64,000 bases of DNA from Candidatus Doudnabacteria bacterium. Lineage in GTDB: Bacteria > Patescibacteriota > Doudnabacteria > UBA920 > O2-02-FULL-48-8. Location of the stretch: positions 4,905-68,904 of the forward strand of contig JACQHB010000009.1 in assembly GCA_016199215.1 (NCBI GenBank). The letters are read 5' to 3'. Made by a program: the position numbers and the translations under genes. Shown one piece after another: positions 10,429 to 20,604 of this stretch (the stretch's first letter is position 1; each line of letters starts with the position of its first letter). The notes beneath the pieces are model-generated. The model had not been told where the DNA came from, made no database searches, and saw nothing but the letters and a program-made list of their open reading frames with translations.

Positions 10429-11125
10429 TCAAAACCCTGGCTTCTTTCTTTAAGAAATAATATTGCTGGACTATTCCAAACAAAGTGGAAGCCGCCCAAT
10501 AAAGCGTCAGGCCTGCGGGGAATTGCAAGCCAAAAATAAAAGTGAGCCCCGGCAGGACATATAGCGTCTGGATTGACATCATTTTCGCGGTCGGGTCTTG
10601 AGAGGCCTGCTTTTTACTTAACATCATCTTGCTTTGGAAATATTGCAACACCGCCGCCAAGCCTGCCAAAATCACGTTTTTTTGCGCCAGGTTAAGGAAC
10701 CCTAAAAACACGACGTTAATCGCGCCAGGATTAGGGACAAAGGGATAAAGCCCTTCCAGGGCCTGTCCCCCCAAAGCCTTAATAAACACCTGGTATAAAG
10801 CAATTAAAATTGGCAATTGGATCAAAACCGGGAGGCAGGAACTCAACGGATTAACTTTGTGGACGGAGTAAAGCTCCATCAGTGCCTTTGCCTGCCGCTC
10901 TTTGTCATCTTTGTATTTTTGCTTAATCTCATTCATCTTCGGCTGCAGATCCTGGAGCTCTTTCTGGTGCTTCATCCCTTTGTGAAAAGAGGGAAGCAGC
11001 AAGAGACGGGTCAGGACAGTCAGGAGGATAATCACAATTCCGATGTCAGGAATATAATTATAAAAAAACACCAAAAGATTGAGCAGGGGATAAGTTAAAA
11101 TGTTTCTAAAAAATTCTCCAATCAT
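10415..11125 (-). CDS. yidC: membrane protein insertase YidC (short form)
   Basis: 236-aa polytopic protein with YidC/Oxa1 core helices, sitting between yidD/rnpA and jag. Confidence 0.85.
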   Translation of the reverse strand: MIGEFFRNILTYPLLNLLVFFYNYIPDIGIVIILLTVLTRLLLLPSFHKGMKHQKELQDLQPKMNEIKQKYKDDKERQAKALMELYSVHKVNPLSSCLPVLIQLPILIALYQVFIKALGGQALEGLYPFVPNPGAINVVFLGFLNLAQKNVILAGLAAVLQYFQSKMMLSKKQASQDPTAKMMSIQTLYVLPGLTFIFGLQFPAGLTLYWAASTLFGIVQQYYFLKKEARVLIESK

Positions 11126-11457
11126 ATTTTTTTGTAAGGATAATTAAAGCCCCCGGTTGATCCCGGATTGCAGGAAGCTAAACGCTTAATAATTTTTGGC
11201 AAGCCCAACAGCCCTTCCTTTAGGAGCACTTCTTTGGTAAAAGAAGAGCAGGTCGGATAAAATTTACAATAACCGTAAGGGAAAAGAAAAGAAAAAACCC
11301 CGTGGTCTAACGATATGGTTTTTTGATATAGAAAAACCAACAAGACAAAAGGCAGGGCCAAAGTTTTGTTTGCCGCGGTCCATCCCCGCGAAAGCGGGGA
11401 TCTTGCCAGTGCTTCGGTTAGATCCCGCATCAAGTGCGGGATTACTCTTTTTTCCAT
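11122..11457 (-). CDS. yidD: membrane protein insertion efficiency factor YidD
   Basis: YidD signature ...FYPTCSSFTKEVL...ASCNPGSTGGFNYP. The annotated N-terminus overlaps rnpA, so the real start is probably internal. Confidence 0.75.
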   Translation of the reverse strand: MEKRVIPHLMRDLTEALARSPLSRGWTAANKTLALPFVLLVFLYQKTISLDHGVFSFLFPYGYCKFYPTCSSFTKEVLLKEGLLGLPKIIKRLASCNPGSTGGFNYPYKKI

Positions 11458-11786
11458 ATTCCTGCTTTCTTAAACAATGCTAAGGTTTGTTCTTCTAACT
11501 CACAAAATTTTATTTTGCCAGCCTCTTTGTTTGGGAAAATTAAAACATCAACCGTTTTAAAATGCTCAACATTCTTCAGAAGAATCGCTTTAAGCCTCCG
11601 CTTAATCAAATTCCTTTCTACTACTTTTCCCACGACTTTTTTAGGAACAATAAAACCAAAACGTGGTCTGTTTTGGTCGGCCCTGCCCACCCTGATCCTT
11701 AAGAATTGGTTAGAATAGGGGCGAAATGGAAAACGAAGCTTGCTGTAATCTTCATCTGATTTGAAGAAAAAAGCTCTTGTTTTCAT
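11442..11786 (-). CDS. rnpA: ribonuclease P protein component
   Basis: Basic ~114-aa protein (RFGFIVPKKVVGKVVERNLIKRRLK) immediately downstream of rpmH. Confidence 0.85.
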   Translation of the reverse strand: MKTRAFFFKSDEDYSKLRFPFRPYSNQFLRIRVGRADQNRPRFGFIVPKKVVGKVVERNLIKRRLKAILLKNVEHFKTVDVLIFPNKEAGKIKFCELEEQTLALFKKAGIWKKE

Positions 11787-11921
11787 TTATACCGTTAGCC
11801 GTTTCCGGCCCTTTTGTCTTCTTCGGGCGAGCACGGTCCGTCCGTTGCGGGTTTTCATCCGTTGTCTGAACCCATGAACCCTTTTCCTTCGAAGTTTTTT
11901 TGGTTGATATGTTGGTTGCAT
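11787..11921 (-). CDS. rpmH: 50S ribosomal protein L34
   Basis: [44 protein letters not shown] is a near-universal L34 sequence. The ORF track's longer ORF (to 11969) has an unconserved extension, so start at the internal Met. Confidence 0.9.
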   Translation of the reverse strand: MQPTYQPKKLRRKRVHGFRQRMKTRNGRTVLARRRQKGRKRLTV

Positions 11922-11969
11922 AGCCTGCCTATTATAAAAGATTTTGACCTTTTTGTCATCCCACCCCAA

Positions 11970-12121
11970 TGATCCTAACCTTTGGACACGCTAACAACAC
12001 TTATTCCACACAATATACACAGAGTAAAATTTTTTTGGCTTAATTAAGCCAAAAAACGACAGTTTACATGTTGATAACTTACTGTTAAAATAGGAGGGAA
12101 CTTTAAATTCCAGATCAATTC
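11970..12121. promoter_or_regulatory. putative oriC / dnaA promoter region with DnaA-box-like 9-mers
   Basis: Between divergent rpmH and dnaA. TGTTGATAA at 12069-12077 is 8/9 versus TGTGGATAA; TATTCCACA at 12002-12010 is 7/9. A perfect 16-bp palindrome TGGCTTAATTAAGCCA sits at ~12036-12051. Confidence 0.55.
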
Positions 12122-13456
12122 ATGACTAATCAACAGCTTTGGCAAGCCATACTAGGAAATCTAGAAACCACGCTTTCTAAGGCTAATTTCACAACTTGGT
12201 TTAAGAACACCTCAATCATTGAAAGATCAGACACCGGCATAGTAATTGGCGTGCCAAACGCTTTTACTAAAGAATGGCTTCAAAACAAGTATCACCAGGA
12301 TATCCTTAAAGCCTTTAAGGCAATCTCCCCAGAAATCAAAGAAGTAAAATACCAAATCGTCAGCCCAGTCTTTACCCAGCCCCAGGTCCAGAGAGAAACC
12401 ACTAAAACTATCGCTAAAAGGCCTGAGTCAAGCCAAAATTTAAACCCGAAGTATACTTTTTCCGCTTTTATTGTCGGCTCCCACAACCAATTGGCCCATG
12501 CCGCGAGCATCGCCGTTAGCAAAAAGCCAGGTTCGGTTTATAATCCTTTATTTATCTATGGCGGGGTGGGTCTTGGGAAAACCCATCTAATGCAGGCAGT
12601 AGGCAATGACATCGTAAAGCGGACCCCAGACGCCAAAATCCTATACGTTACTTCAGAGCGGTTTACCAACGAGTTTGTTTCCGCCCTCTCCCAGGGAAAG
12701 GCTGACAGTTTTAAGTCCCTTTACAGAAATGTCGATGTTTTATTGGTTGATGACATCCAATTTTTAGCCGGGAGAGAAGGAACTCAAGAAGAATTTTTCC
12801 ATACTTTCAACGCACTGCACCAAAACAACAAACAGGTGGTTATGACTTCCGACAGGCTGCCTAAAGAGATCCCGGCTATTGAAGAGCGCCTTGTTTCAAG
12901 GTTTGAATGGGGAATGATTGCGGATATTCAAGCGCCTGACTTAGAAACCAGGCTTGCGATCTTAAAAACGAAGGCAAAAGAAAAAAATTACAATATCGAA
13001 CAGGAAATCCTGCAATATATTGCTGAAACCATACAAAGCAATATTAGGGAGTTGGAAGGAGCATTAAACCGCCTTATGGTCTATTGTCAGCTCAACAATA
13101 CCCGGCCTACGATTGACCAAGTTAAAAATATCTTGGTGAACATAATCACCCCGCCAAAAAAACGCGGGGTTTCAGCCAAAAAAATCATTGAAGTAGTAGC
13201 TGATTTTTATAATGTCACAATCGAAGACCTTCTCAAACAATCCCGCAAGAAAGAATACGTCCACCCGAGGCAAATTGCGATGTATATTATTAGGAAAGAA
13301 CTGGAAACTTCCTTGCCGTCTATTGGCGAGTTTTTCGGGGGGAGGGACCACACCACAGTAATCCACGCGATTGATAAAATTGATCGAATTATAAAAGACC
13401 GCAACGGACTGAAACAGGAGATCGATTTGATTAAAGACCGGCTGTATGTAACTTAG
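12122..13456 (+). CDS. dnaA: chromosomal replication initiator protein DnaA
   Basis: AAA+ Walker A (GGVGLGKTHL), sensor motifs and the C-terminal DnaA-box-binding domain (HTTVIHA...); 444 aa. Confidence 0.95.
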   Translation: MTNQQLWQAILGNLETTLSKANFTTWFKNTSIIERSDTGIVIGVPNAFTKEWLQNKYHQDILKAFKAISPEIKEVKYQIVSPVFTQPQVQRETTKTIAKRPESSQNLNPKYTFSAFIVGSHNQLAHAASIAVSKKPGSVYNPLFIYGGVGLGKTHLMQAVGNDIVKRTPDAKILYVTSERFTNEFVSALSQGKADSFKSLYRNVDVLLVDDIQFLAGREGTQEEFFHTFNALHQNNKQVVMTSDRLPKEIPAIEERLVSRFEWGMIADIQAPDLETRLAILKTKAKEKNYNIEQEILQYIAETIQSNIRELEGALNRLMVYCQLNNTRPTIDQVKNILVNIITPPKKRGVSAKKIIEVVADFYNVTIEDLLKQSRKKEYVHPRQIAMYIIRKELETSLPSIGEFFGGRDHTTVIHAIDKIDRIIKDRNGLKQEIDLIKDRLYVT

Positions 13457-13647
13457 GGAGAACCTGTTGGAAAAAAGTTAATAATTCAAAGGTGGTTAAT
13501 TTCCATAAACAATTATTCAGAAATTATTAACAGACTACAAACAGCTTCTTAAAAATTCATTAAATAAAAAACACAACAAACACCGAACAAAAAAACATTT
13601 TAAACAAATCAACAAGAATTATTATCATTATTGTTTTATAAAAAGAT
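13457..13647. promoter_or_regulatory. very AT-rich dnaA-dnaN spacer, candidate DNA-unwinding element of a bipartite origin
   Basis: The spacer is visibly A/T-dominated. Its position between dnaA and dnaN matches oriC organisation in many bacteria. Confidence 0.4.
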
Positions 13648-14760
13648 ATGAAATTAATATGCACAAAGGATAACTTAAAAAAAGGTTTATTTGCGGTTAG
13701 CAGGGTGGTGGGGGTAGGGAACCCTTTGCAGGTTTTGAATAATATTTTACTTAAAACCGATCAGGGGCGGATCCGGCTTTCTTCGACTAATTTGGAAATA
13801 GGCGTAAACACCTGGGTTGGGGGGAAAATTGAAGAAGAGGGGGCCTTAACCGTCCCGGCAAAGTTGATTAATGAATATATTAATAATTTGCCAACCGAAA
13901 AAGTGCAGTTGTCGGCCAAAGACACCACCTTAAATCTTATTTCAGAAAACTATAAAACGAATATTAAGGGGTTGCCATCAGAAGAATTTCCGCTTATTCC
14001 TCAAATCGCCGAAGAGGCTTACGCTAAAATTGACTCAAATGAACTAAAAAGCGCCCTTTCTGAAACGATTTGGGCAGCGGCCGGAAACGAAACACAACCC
14101 GAGATATCTGGAATATTTCTAGGGTTTTCCGCGGAGGGCGGTGAGACGGGTAAGTTAAGAATTGCGGCCACAGACCGGTATCGCTTGGCAGAACGAAACG
14201 CGCAACTTAAAGAACCGGTTAAGTCCCCGAAAGAAGTAATTGTCCCTTTTCGGACCATCAGCGAATTATTCAAAATTTTAGGGGTATCAAGCGGAGAGCT
14301 TGAAATATACTTTTCAGAAACACAGGTTTTGTTTAAGATCGATGAGACAGAATTAATCTCAAGATTGATTGACGGCCAATATCCGGACTACCAACAAATT
14401 ATTCCCAAGGGTTTTAAGACAGAAGCTGTGGTTTCCAGGGAAGAGCTGATCCACGCGCTTAAAGCAACCTCCCTTTTTGCCTCTGAGTCTAACAATATTC
14501 AACTGGAAATTTCGGAAGGGTCCGGGATAAGGGTTACCGCTTCTTCAGCCGCTGCGGGGGAGAATGAAACACTGGTGTCGGCAAAAGTATCGGGCAGCGC
14601 TAACGCGGCGATGTTTAACTTCCGATATCTCCTTGATTGCTTGAACAACCTTTCGGAAACAAACGTGGTAGTAAGGATGATTAGCGACGCATCCCCGGCA
14701 ATGATTCAGCCGGAAGGCCGGACCAATTACGTCTATATCGTGATGCCGATAAAAACCTAA
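13648..14760 (+). CDS. dnaN: DNA polymerase III subunit beta (sliding clamp)
   Basis: 370 aa with typical clamp N-terminus MKLICTKDNLKKGL and a three-domain length, directly after dnaA. Confidence 0.9.
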   Translation: MKLICTKDNLKKGLFAVSRVVGVGNPLQVLNNILLKTDQGRIRLSSTNLEIGVNTWVGGKIEEEGALTVPAKLINEYINNLPTEKVQLSAKDTTLNLISENYKTNIKGLPSEEFPLIPQIAEEAYAKIDSNELKSALSETIWAAAGNETQPEISGIFLGFSAEGGETGKLRIAATDRYRLAERNAQLKEPVKSPKEVIVPFRTISELFKILGVSSGELEIYFSETQVLFKIDETELISRLIDGQYPDYQQIIPKGFKTEAVVSREELIHALKATSLFASESNNIQLEISEGSGIRVTASSAAAGENETLVSAKVSGSANAAMFNFRYLLDCLNNLSETNVVVRMISDASPAMIQPEGRTNYVYIVMPIKT

Positions 14761-14762
14761 AA

Positions 14763-15803
14763 ATGATTCGTCGGGTTAAATTTGAGAATTTTAGGAACTA
14801 TAAAAAAGCCGAGGCCGAGATTCGTTCCGACCTCGTCTTGATTTTAGGCAAAAACGGCTCGGGAAAAACCAATTTTTTGGAAAGCCTGTTTTATCTTTCC
14901 AACTTATATTCATTCCGGGCCCCTGATTTGGCATTGGTTAAAACAGAAGAAACTTTCTTTGCGCTTGAGGCAGAAGACGACAGACATCGATTCGAGGTCG
15001 TGGTTGAAACAGTCCCGCGGGTCCGCCGGGGCAATAAAATAGATGGGGTGAAAACAAAAAGGACCGCCTGGAACAGTTTTGGGTCAGTTTTGTTTATACC
15101 CAATGATTTAAATTTGTTTATTTTGGGGCCTGGCGCCCGCCGGAGTTTTTTGAACCAAACAATTGTTCAAAAAGATAAGATTTATGCCTCAAGCCTTGCC
15201 GGTTTGGATCATGTTTTAAAGCAAAAAACCGCGCTGCTTAATGATATTTTGGCTGGCAAGGAAAACCCTGGCGCCTTGGATTTTTGGAACGAGCAGCTAT
15301 GTGAGCTTTCGACCGTAATAACGGAAGCAAGGCGAGGTTTTTTGGATTTTTTTCGGATAAGGTTTGCTGAAGTTTACGCAAAACTTACCGGTTTTGACAA
15401 TATATTTGGGATTGAATATAAGTCGCAGCCGATTAGTTTGGAAATTTTAAAAGCTCACGAACAAGCGGAAATTGGATCCGGCTCCTGTTTGATCGGGCCG
15501 CATCGGGATGATTTCGTCATAAAAAAAGACGGACAGTTGAATATTTATAATTCCTCCAGGGGTGAATTGCGATCCCAAATTTTGACTATGAAGCTTTTGG
15601 AAGCCGAATTTTTAGCTGGTCGGGACAAGCCCGTTATTCTTTTGGACGATGTTTTTTCAGAACTTGATGAAATTCGACGGGCGAAGCTTATTGAAAATTT
15701 ATCAGGGAGCCAAATTTTTATCACCTCAACCGAGGAGCATCATCTGCCCAAACTCGCGAGCAGTGCTCAAATTTTCAAGGTTGAGGATAATGGAATTATT
15801 TAA
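14763..15803 (+). CDS. recF: DNA replication and repair protein RecF
   Basis: Walker A (GKNGSGKTNFLESL) and an SMC-like signature/D-loop near the C-terminus (ILLDDVFSELD), completing the dnaA-dnaN-recF arrangement. Confidence 0.9.
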   Translation: MIRRVKFENFRNYKKAEAEIRSDLVLILGKNGSGKTNFLESLFYLSNLYSFRAPDLALVKTEETFFALEAEDDRHRFEVVVETVPRVRRGNKIDGVKTKRTAWNSFGSVLFIPNDLNLFILGPGARRSFLNQTIVQKDKIYASSLAGLDHVLKQKTALLNDILAGKENPGALDFWNEQLCELSTVITEARRGFLDFFRIRFAEVYAKLTGFDNIFGIEYKSQPISLEILKAHEQAEIGSGSCLIGPHRDDFVIKKDGQLNIYNSSRGELRSQILTMKLLEAEFLAGRDKPVILLDDVFSELDEIRRAKLIENLSGSQIFITSTEEHHLPKLASSAQIFKVEDNGII

Positions 15804-15804
15804 A

Positions 15805-15832
15805 AAAAACCGCATTCTGCGGTTTTTTATTC
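15805..15832. terminator. intrinsic terminator after recF (aaaaaccgca-ttct-gcggttttt)
   Basis: Perfect hairpin plus T-run; also serves the convergent minus-strand gene. Confidence 0.6.
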
Positions 15833-16393
15833 TCCGGCTTGGCCTTTGGATTTTTCCTCGGGAGGAAGCTGGTCGTAAAGGTCCAGGATCAGTTTTTCGA
15901 TGGCTGTGGGATTGCTGACTTTGGTAAACTCAAAGCGCGTGGTTTCGCCCGCGGTTTGGACGTAGACGTTGCCGAAGTCCAGAAACGTTTCGAAAAAGCC
16001 GCGCACTTCAGCCGTCACATCCTGCAGCCGGTTTAAATGCAATTCGGAAATTGTGTGGCTAATTAGACTGGTTTGAGTAATATCCACGATGCGTTCATTG
16101 GTAATGATTTGAATGTTCAAATAATACATCACCCAGAGCATAAACAGCCCAAGCATCAGGAACATCAAGTACACGCCCTTGATAAGGTTATAAACTTGGA
16201 CATAAGGAGACAGCGAGATCTGGGGGAAATATTTTTTTAGCATTGAATCGCCCACCAGCAGGATTGCCACAAAAAGCCCCCAAACCACCATCTTCAAGGC
16301 GAAAACAAACCAGTGTTGCCTGATAACCATGTAAACAGTTTCGTTTTCTTGCTGCCCGGGGAAAAGAGTTTTTTGAATGCTGGTCCACCGCAT
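15827..16393 (-). CDS. membrane protein with bacterial PH (YdbS/DUF304-like) domain
   Basis: Two N-terminal TM helices followed by a ...YYLNIQIITNERIVD... segment like bPH_2 proteins. Confidence 0.45.
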   Translation of the reverse strand: MRWTSIQKTLFPGQQENETVYMVIRQHWFVFALKMVVWGLFVAILLVGDSMLKKYFPQISLSPYVQVYNLIKGVYLMFLMLGLFMLWVMYYLNIQIITNERIVDITQTSLISHTISELHLNRLQDVTAEVRGFFETFLDFGNVYVQTAGETTRFEFTKVSNPTAIEKLILDLYDQLPPEEKSKGQAGE

Positions 16394-16409
16394 AAAATAA
16401 GACTAAGAA

Positions 16410-16634
16410 TCAAAACTTAATAAGCCCTAAATTGTCAACCGCGGCGCTGTAGAGACTTGCGGAAATAATCAGATAGAGCAGGCAGACACCGAAAGCGACC
16501 AATTTAGATTTTCCAAACCTAATCAAGGCATACATAGTAAGCATGCTGTAAATGGCAAAGCCAGCCATGATCAAATAAAAAACCAGGGCGATTATGCTGT
16601 TAGTTAAATTTGTTGGTTGGTAGACCGGGTTCAT
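16410..16634 (-). CDS. small two-TM membrane protein (hypothetical)
   Basis: 74-aa hydrophobic ORF whose start abuts the ruvB stop. Confidence 0.35.
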   Translation of the reverse strand: MNPVYQPTNLTNSIIALVFYLIMAGFAIYSMLTMYALIRFGKSKLVAFGVCLLYLIISASLYSAAVDNLGLIKF

Positions 16635-17671
16635 TATAAAAGAGTTTGTTTTTGATTTTTGGGCGTTTTTTTCAAATGCTCATATGCTGCCGGAGTGGCC
16701 ATCCGTCCTTTTGGAGTGCGGACAATTAATCCTAGGCGCAGCAGATAAGGTTCATGGATGTCTTCGATAGTTCCGGCTTCTTCGGAGGTCGCGGCTGCCA
16801 GTGAGGACAGGCCGACAGGACCGCCGTTGAACTTTTCGATAATAGCTGAAATCATCCGCCGGTCGTTGGCATCCAAGCCCAACTCGTCCACTTCCAGCTG
16901 GTTTAAGGCTTCCAAAGAAACATCTTTATTTATTTTACCACCCGCTTTGATTTGAGCATAATCCCTGACTCGTTTCAGGAGCCGGTTGGCGATTCTGGGG
17001 GTGCGGCGGGCTCGATTTGCGATTTCTTTTTTGCTGGCCGGATCAATTTTGATGTTTAAAATCTTGCCGGATCTTGAAAGAATCTGCTCGATCTCATCGG
17101 GTTCGTAATAATCCAACCGGTAGGTCATGCCGAACCGGTCGCGCAGCGGCGATGAAATTAGCCCGACCCTGGTGGTTGCGCCCACTAGAGTGAATTTGGG
17201 CAAGTCGATTCGCAGCGCCTTGGCTCCGGCTCCCTTGCCCAGCACAATATCTAGACAAAAATCTTCCATGGCCGGGTAGAGGATTTCTTCCACGATTTTT
17301 GGCAGGCGGTGGATCTCGTCGATGAACAGGATGTCGTTGTTTGAAAGGTTTGTAAGAAGAGCTGCCAGATCCCCGGTTTTTTCAATCGCTGGCCCGGAAG
17401 TAATTTTAATGTTGGCGCCGACTTCCCGCGCGATAATATGCGCCAGCGTTGTCTTGCCCAGTCCCGGAGGGCCGTAAAGCATAATATGCTCAAGAGTTTC
17501 AGTCCTTTGTTTGGCAGCGTCAATCAGGATTTTGAGGTTTTCTTTGATTTTGGTCTGGCCAACGTACTCTGAAAGGATTTGCGGCCGAAGGGTCGCCTCA
17601 AAAAACCGCTCCTCTGAAAGAGCCTGGGGAGTGCCCAAATCCGCTGTCTCAACCACATCCTCGTTAATCAT
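16634..17671 (-). CDS. ruvB: Holliday junction branch migration helicase RuvB
   Basis: Walker [12 protein letters not shown], RuvB-specific sensor and winged-helix C-terminus. Start placed at the internal Met (MINEDV...) because the longer ORF adds an unconserved 47-aa extension. Confidence 0.9.
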   Translation of the reverse strand: MINEDVVETADLGTPQALSEERFFEATLRPQILSEYVGQTKIKENLKILIDAAKQRTETLEHIMLYGPPGLGKTTLAHIIAREVGANIKITSGPAIEKTGDLAALLTNLSNNDILFIDEIHRLPKIVEEILYPAMEDFCLDIVLGKGAGAKALRIDLPKFTLVGATTRVGLISSPLRDRFGMTYRLDYYEPDEIEQILSRSGKILNIKIDPASKKEIANRARRTPRIANRLLKRVRDYAQIKAGGKINKDVSLEALNQLEVDELGLDANDRRMISAIIEKFNGGPVGLSSLAAATSEEAGTIEDIHEPYLLRLGLIVRTPKGRMATPAAYEHLKKTPKNQKQTLL

Positions 17672-17819
17672 ACAGGTACTAGAAAGTTGACTTAATTTTC
17701 GATCACATTGGTTGACCTTTGGCCTGGGTTGAAAATTATAGCGCAATATGTTTTTGATTGGGATTCCCTGCAAGAAAAACATATTGCGGGTCAAATTTTC
17801 AGTACCCGGCATGTTTTAA

Positions 17820-19064
17820 TCATAGCACAAACTCGCCGTGCTCATAGACGACCCTTTCCTGGCCGTTTTTTAGATGCGCAACAACGGTCCGGGAAGAGGT
17901 AGAAATAATATCCGTATGCACAGAAGAATCATTGAAACCCAAAGATTCTGCCTGTTTTTTGGAAAGATTGGAAGCATCCCCCGCGTAAGTGTCCTTGTAG
18001 GACATTCCAAGAGCGATGTGGGTGTTTCCGTTTGGTCCTCCCATATTTTCGTCAAACAAGGTTTCGGCCATGAATTTGGTGATGCGAGAGAAGCGGCGGT
18101 CAGTTAGTGAAAATTCCCCAATTTTATTTGCACCAGGCGTATTGATCATTTCCTTGAGAAGTTTTTCGTTGGTTTTGGCCCTGCTTCTTACCACCTTCCC
18201 ATTTTCAAACTGAAGCTTAATACCTGTTATTTTATTGCTGTAGCGGTAAAGAGGCTGGTTGAACCTGATCCACCCCTGCGTGCCTCGCCAGTCCGGCGAG
18301 GTAAACAATTCAAAGCTTGGGATGTTGCGCCCGCCGCCCCCGCACCACTTTCTTTTTTCTCCGGGCTTAAGCCAAAGATTTGCTTCTGGCCCAATAACGT
18401 GCAATCGATCGATCTTCGGCGTAAGCTTGTTTAATTTTTTGCGGTAGTGTTCTAATTTTTGATAAGTTTTTTTCCATTTACCAATCGGGTCTTTTTGATC
18501 AAGAAAGCAAGCCTTAATAATTTGGTTCCAGTAGGCCTTTTCCGACAGCCCGGCTTCCTTGGCCATGGCAGGGGTCCCATACAGACCAATAGTCCAGGTA
18601 AATTTGCCTTCCCATTCTTTTTTGTGCCGCCAATCAGTAAACGGCTTAAGCGCGACTCCGCGCCTCATTATTTTTTTTGGGTCAACTCCGGCAAGGGCGC
18701 GGGGGTCGGCGTCAGCCAGGATGAAAACCGAGTGATCCATTTGCTCGACCAGGCCCTTGAGATATTTATGCGGAAAGTGATCCATCTGGTGGTCCTGCGC
18801 GTGCTGGTAAAAGTAGCGGGTGAAGCTTTCGTTGCGACGACGGTCCCCCTGCTCTTCGTCAGGAGAATAATGCGACAGCACGTGCCCGCCGGCGTCAATA
18901 ACAGCATTACATACGGCTAAATATAGCCGCCGGCCGGATTCTGAACTGCTCACGCGGACCACATCTCCTTTTTTGATTCCCTTGCCCCCGCCCAGAGCAA
19001 AACGGACCAGAACTTTGGCATAGCGGTCAAGAATAATTTGAGAGGGTTGGTAATTTTTTTTCAT
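17820..19064 (-). CDS. M29 family aminopeptidase (AmpS/aminopeptidase T-like)
   Basis: The C-terminal half matches the M29 family (...IGEFSLTD...NTHIALG...VHTDII). About 414 aa, typical for the family. Confidence 0.65.
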   Translation of the reverse strand: MKKNYQPSQIILDRYAKVLVRFALGGGKGIKKGDVVRVSSSESGRRLYLAVCNAVIDAGGHVLSHYSPDEEQGDRRRNESFTRYFYQHAQDHQMDHFPHKYLKGLVEQMDHSVFILADADPRALAGVDPKKIMRRGVALKPFTDWRHKKEWEGKFTWTIGLYGTPAMAKEAGLSEKAYWNQIIKACFLDQKDPIGKWKKTYQKLEHYRKKLNKLTPKIDRLHVIGPEANLWLKPGEKRKWCGGGGRNIPSFELFTSPDWRGTQGWIRFNQPLYRYSNKITGIKLQFENGKVVRSRAKTNEKLLKEMINTPGANKIGEFSLTDRRFSRITKFMAETLFDENMGGPNGNTHIALGMSYKDTYAGDASNLSKKQAESLGFNDSSVHTDIISTSSRTVVAHLKNGQERVVYEHGEFVL

Positions 19065-19066
19065 GG

Positions 19067-20191
19067 CTATTGGCTGGGGGTTTGAGGGTTAGGGGTAGTT
19101 GCTTGCTCTTCCGGATGAAACAGCGCCGGCGGTAAATATGTGCTTCTAAATACCTGCTCGGTAGTGGTTCCGTTAAGCTTAACCCTTCTGGTCCAAGTGG
19201 CTTTCATTGAACCGTCTGTCTTCTTATCATACTGGACCGGACCGTCAAACTCCACTATCCGGTCGTCTTTGGTTCCGTAAAAATCAAAGAACAGCCTGGT
19301 TCCCTCGATCCTGGTCCAAACCAGCAGGCTTGAATTAAGATTATTTGTGAATCGTAAATCCGTGACACCCGGGTAAATTGTGGCGTCGCTTCCTTGAGGG
19401 GCGTAATACTGCACCGCAAACGAATGGGCTCTGCGTTCCACAATTGGCAGGCCGGCATTCATGGCAGCCCGAAAAGTGGTGGAAGAAACCTGGCATAATC
19501 CGCCGCCGAACTCCGGCACAACCCCGGTGCGCTTGATTACCAGTTCCGGCAAGAAGCCGTGTTCGGCATCAACGTCGCCTAAAAATTTGTTGAAGGAGAA
19601 TTCCTCCCCGGGCCTTATGATCACTCCATTGAATTTAGCGGAACCTACCCTGATGTTGGTAATCCGATTCTTGGGCGATCCTTTGAAATTCGATTCCCCT
19701 GTTGCCACCAGCTCGTTGATTCCAAGGCTATTGGTTTCAGAAAGCTTTATGGAGGAAGAAGAAGTGACAACCGGCAGGCTGAATTTGTCTTGACCCGAAA
19801 GCAGAAGCTGGGAAAGTTTGTTTGTATCCAACGACTGCCCGTCTTTGCCGGGGCTGAATTCTTTTGTCCGCTCGCCTTCTAAAACCAATTTAGCCTGTTC
19901 GGATTTTTGGTTTATCTCCAAAGCGATTTGGTTGATTGCTTCTAATGTTGAATCAGAAAAAATTTTTTGCTGGACAGGGCTAGGGCTTCCGGTTATTTTT
20001 TCTTTTGCCAGACCCAAAAGGCTCCCGGCATTCCGAACGGAAGAGCCTGAAACGGTGACCGCTGACGGATTGATCTGCCAGGACTGGTCTTTGAAGGTCG
20101 CTGTCTTGGCCCAAGCGGGCTTGGGAATCAAAAACATAAACACGGCCAACAGCAGGTATTTAGAGTTTTTTAATCTTAACGCTTCGTTCAT
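19067..20191 (-). CDS. VanW family protein (signal peptide + VanW domain)
   Basis: N-terminal signal/TM and a GGGLCQVSSTTFRAAMNAGLPIVERRAHS segment characteristic of VanW/YoaR proteins. Confidence 0.7.
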   Translation of the reverse strand: MNEALRLKNSKYLLLAVFMFLIPKPAWAKTATFKDQSWQINPSAVTVSGSSVRNAGSLLGLAKEKITGSPSPVQQKIFSDSTLEAINQIALEINQKSEQAKLVLEGERTKEFSPGKDGQSLDTNKLSQLLLSGQDKFSLPVVTSSSSIKLSETNSLGINELVATGESNFKGSPKNRITNIRVGSAKFNGVIIRPGEEFSFNKFLGDVDAEHGFLPELVIKRTGVVPEFGGGLCQVSSTTFRAAMNAGLPIVERRAHSFAVQYYAPQGSDATIYPGVTDLRFTNNLNSSLLVWTRIEGTRLFFDFYGTKDDRIVEFDGPVQYDKKTDGSMKATWTRRVKLNGTTTEQVFRSTYLPPALFHPEEQATTPNPQTPSQ

Positions 20192-20585
20192 TAACGTTGG
20201 TAATTTCTATCTGAATTAATAGCTTACACTGCTTTTTTAGTTTTGGGAATTTGTCAATCCACTCAATCATCACAATCCTGTTCCTGCTTTTTATAATTTC
20301 TTCCAATCCCACTCCGGAAAGTTCTTTTATATGTTTTATACGATAAAGATCCAAATGGTAAAACCTGCGGTTATGCGGGAGCTTGTGCGCGGCCATAATG
20401 ATAAAGCTTGGGCTTTTGATATGGCGAAGTCCTAATTTTTTGGCAAAGGCTTTGATAAACGCGGTTTTTCCGCTTCCTAAAACCCCTGAAAGCCCGATTA
20501 CTAAGTCGCGCTGTTTGTTTTTTGCCGCCAAGCCGTAAGCTAGTTTTCTAAACCCCGCCAAATTGAGTTTTCGGTAGATTTCCAT
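20160..20585 (-). CDS. tsaE: tRNA threonylcarbamoyladenosine biosynthesis ATPase TsaE
   Basis: P-loop GVLGSGKTAFIKAF in a ~140-aa protein (YjeE family). Confidence 0.8.
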   Translation of the reverse strand: MEIYRKLNLAGFRKLAYGLAAKNKQRDLVIGLSGVLGSGKTAFIKAFAKKLGLRHIKSPSFIIMAAHKLPHNRRFYHLDLYRIKHIKELSGVGLEEIIKSRNRIVMIEWIDKFPKLKKQCKLLIQIEITNVNERSVKIKKL

Positions 20586-20604
20586 AAGTCATTGTAACGT
20601 AAGT

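Noticed and set aside
16634-17812. 47-aa N-terminal extension on RuvB in the ORF track
   Set aside because: The extension is unconserved and precedes a well-placed internal Met (MINEDV). The gene is called from 17671.
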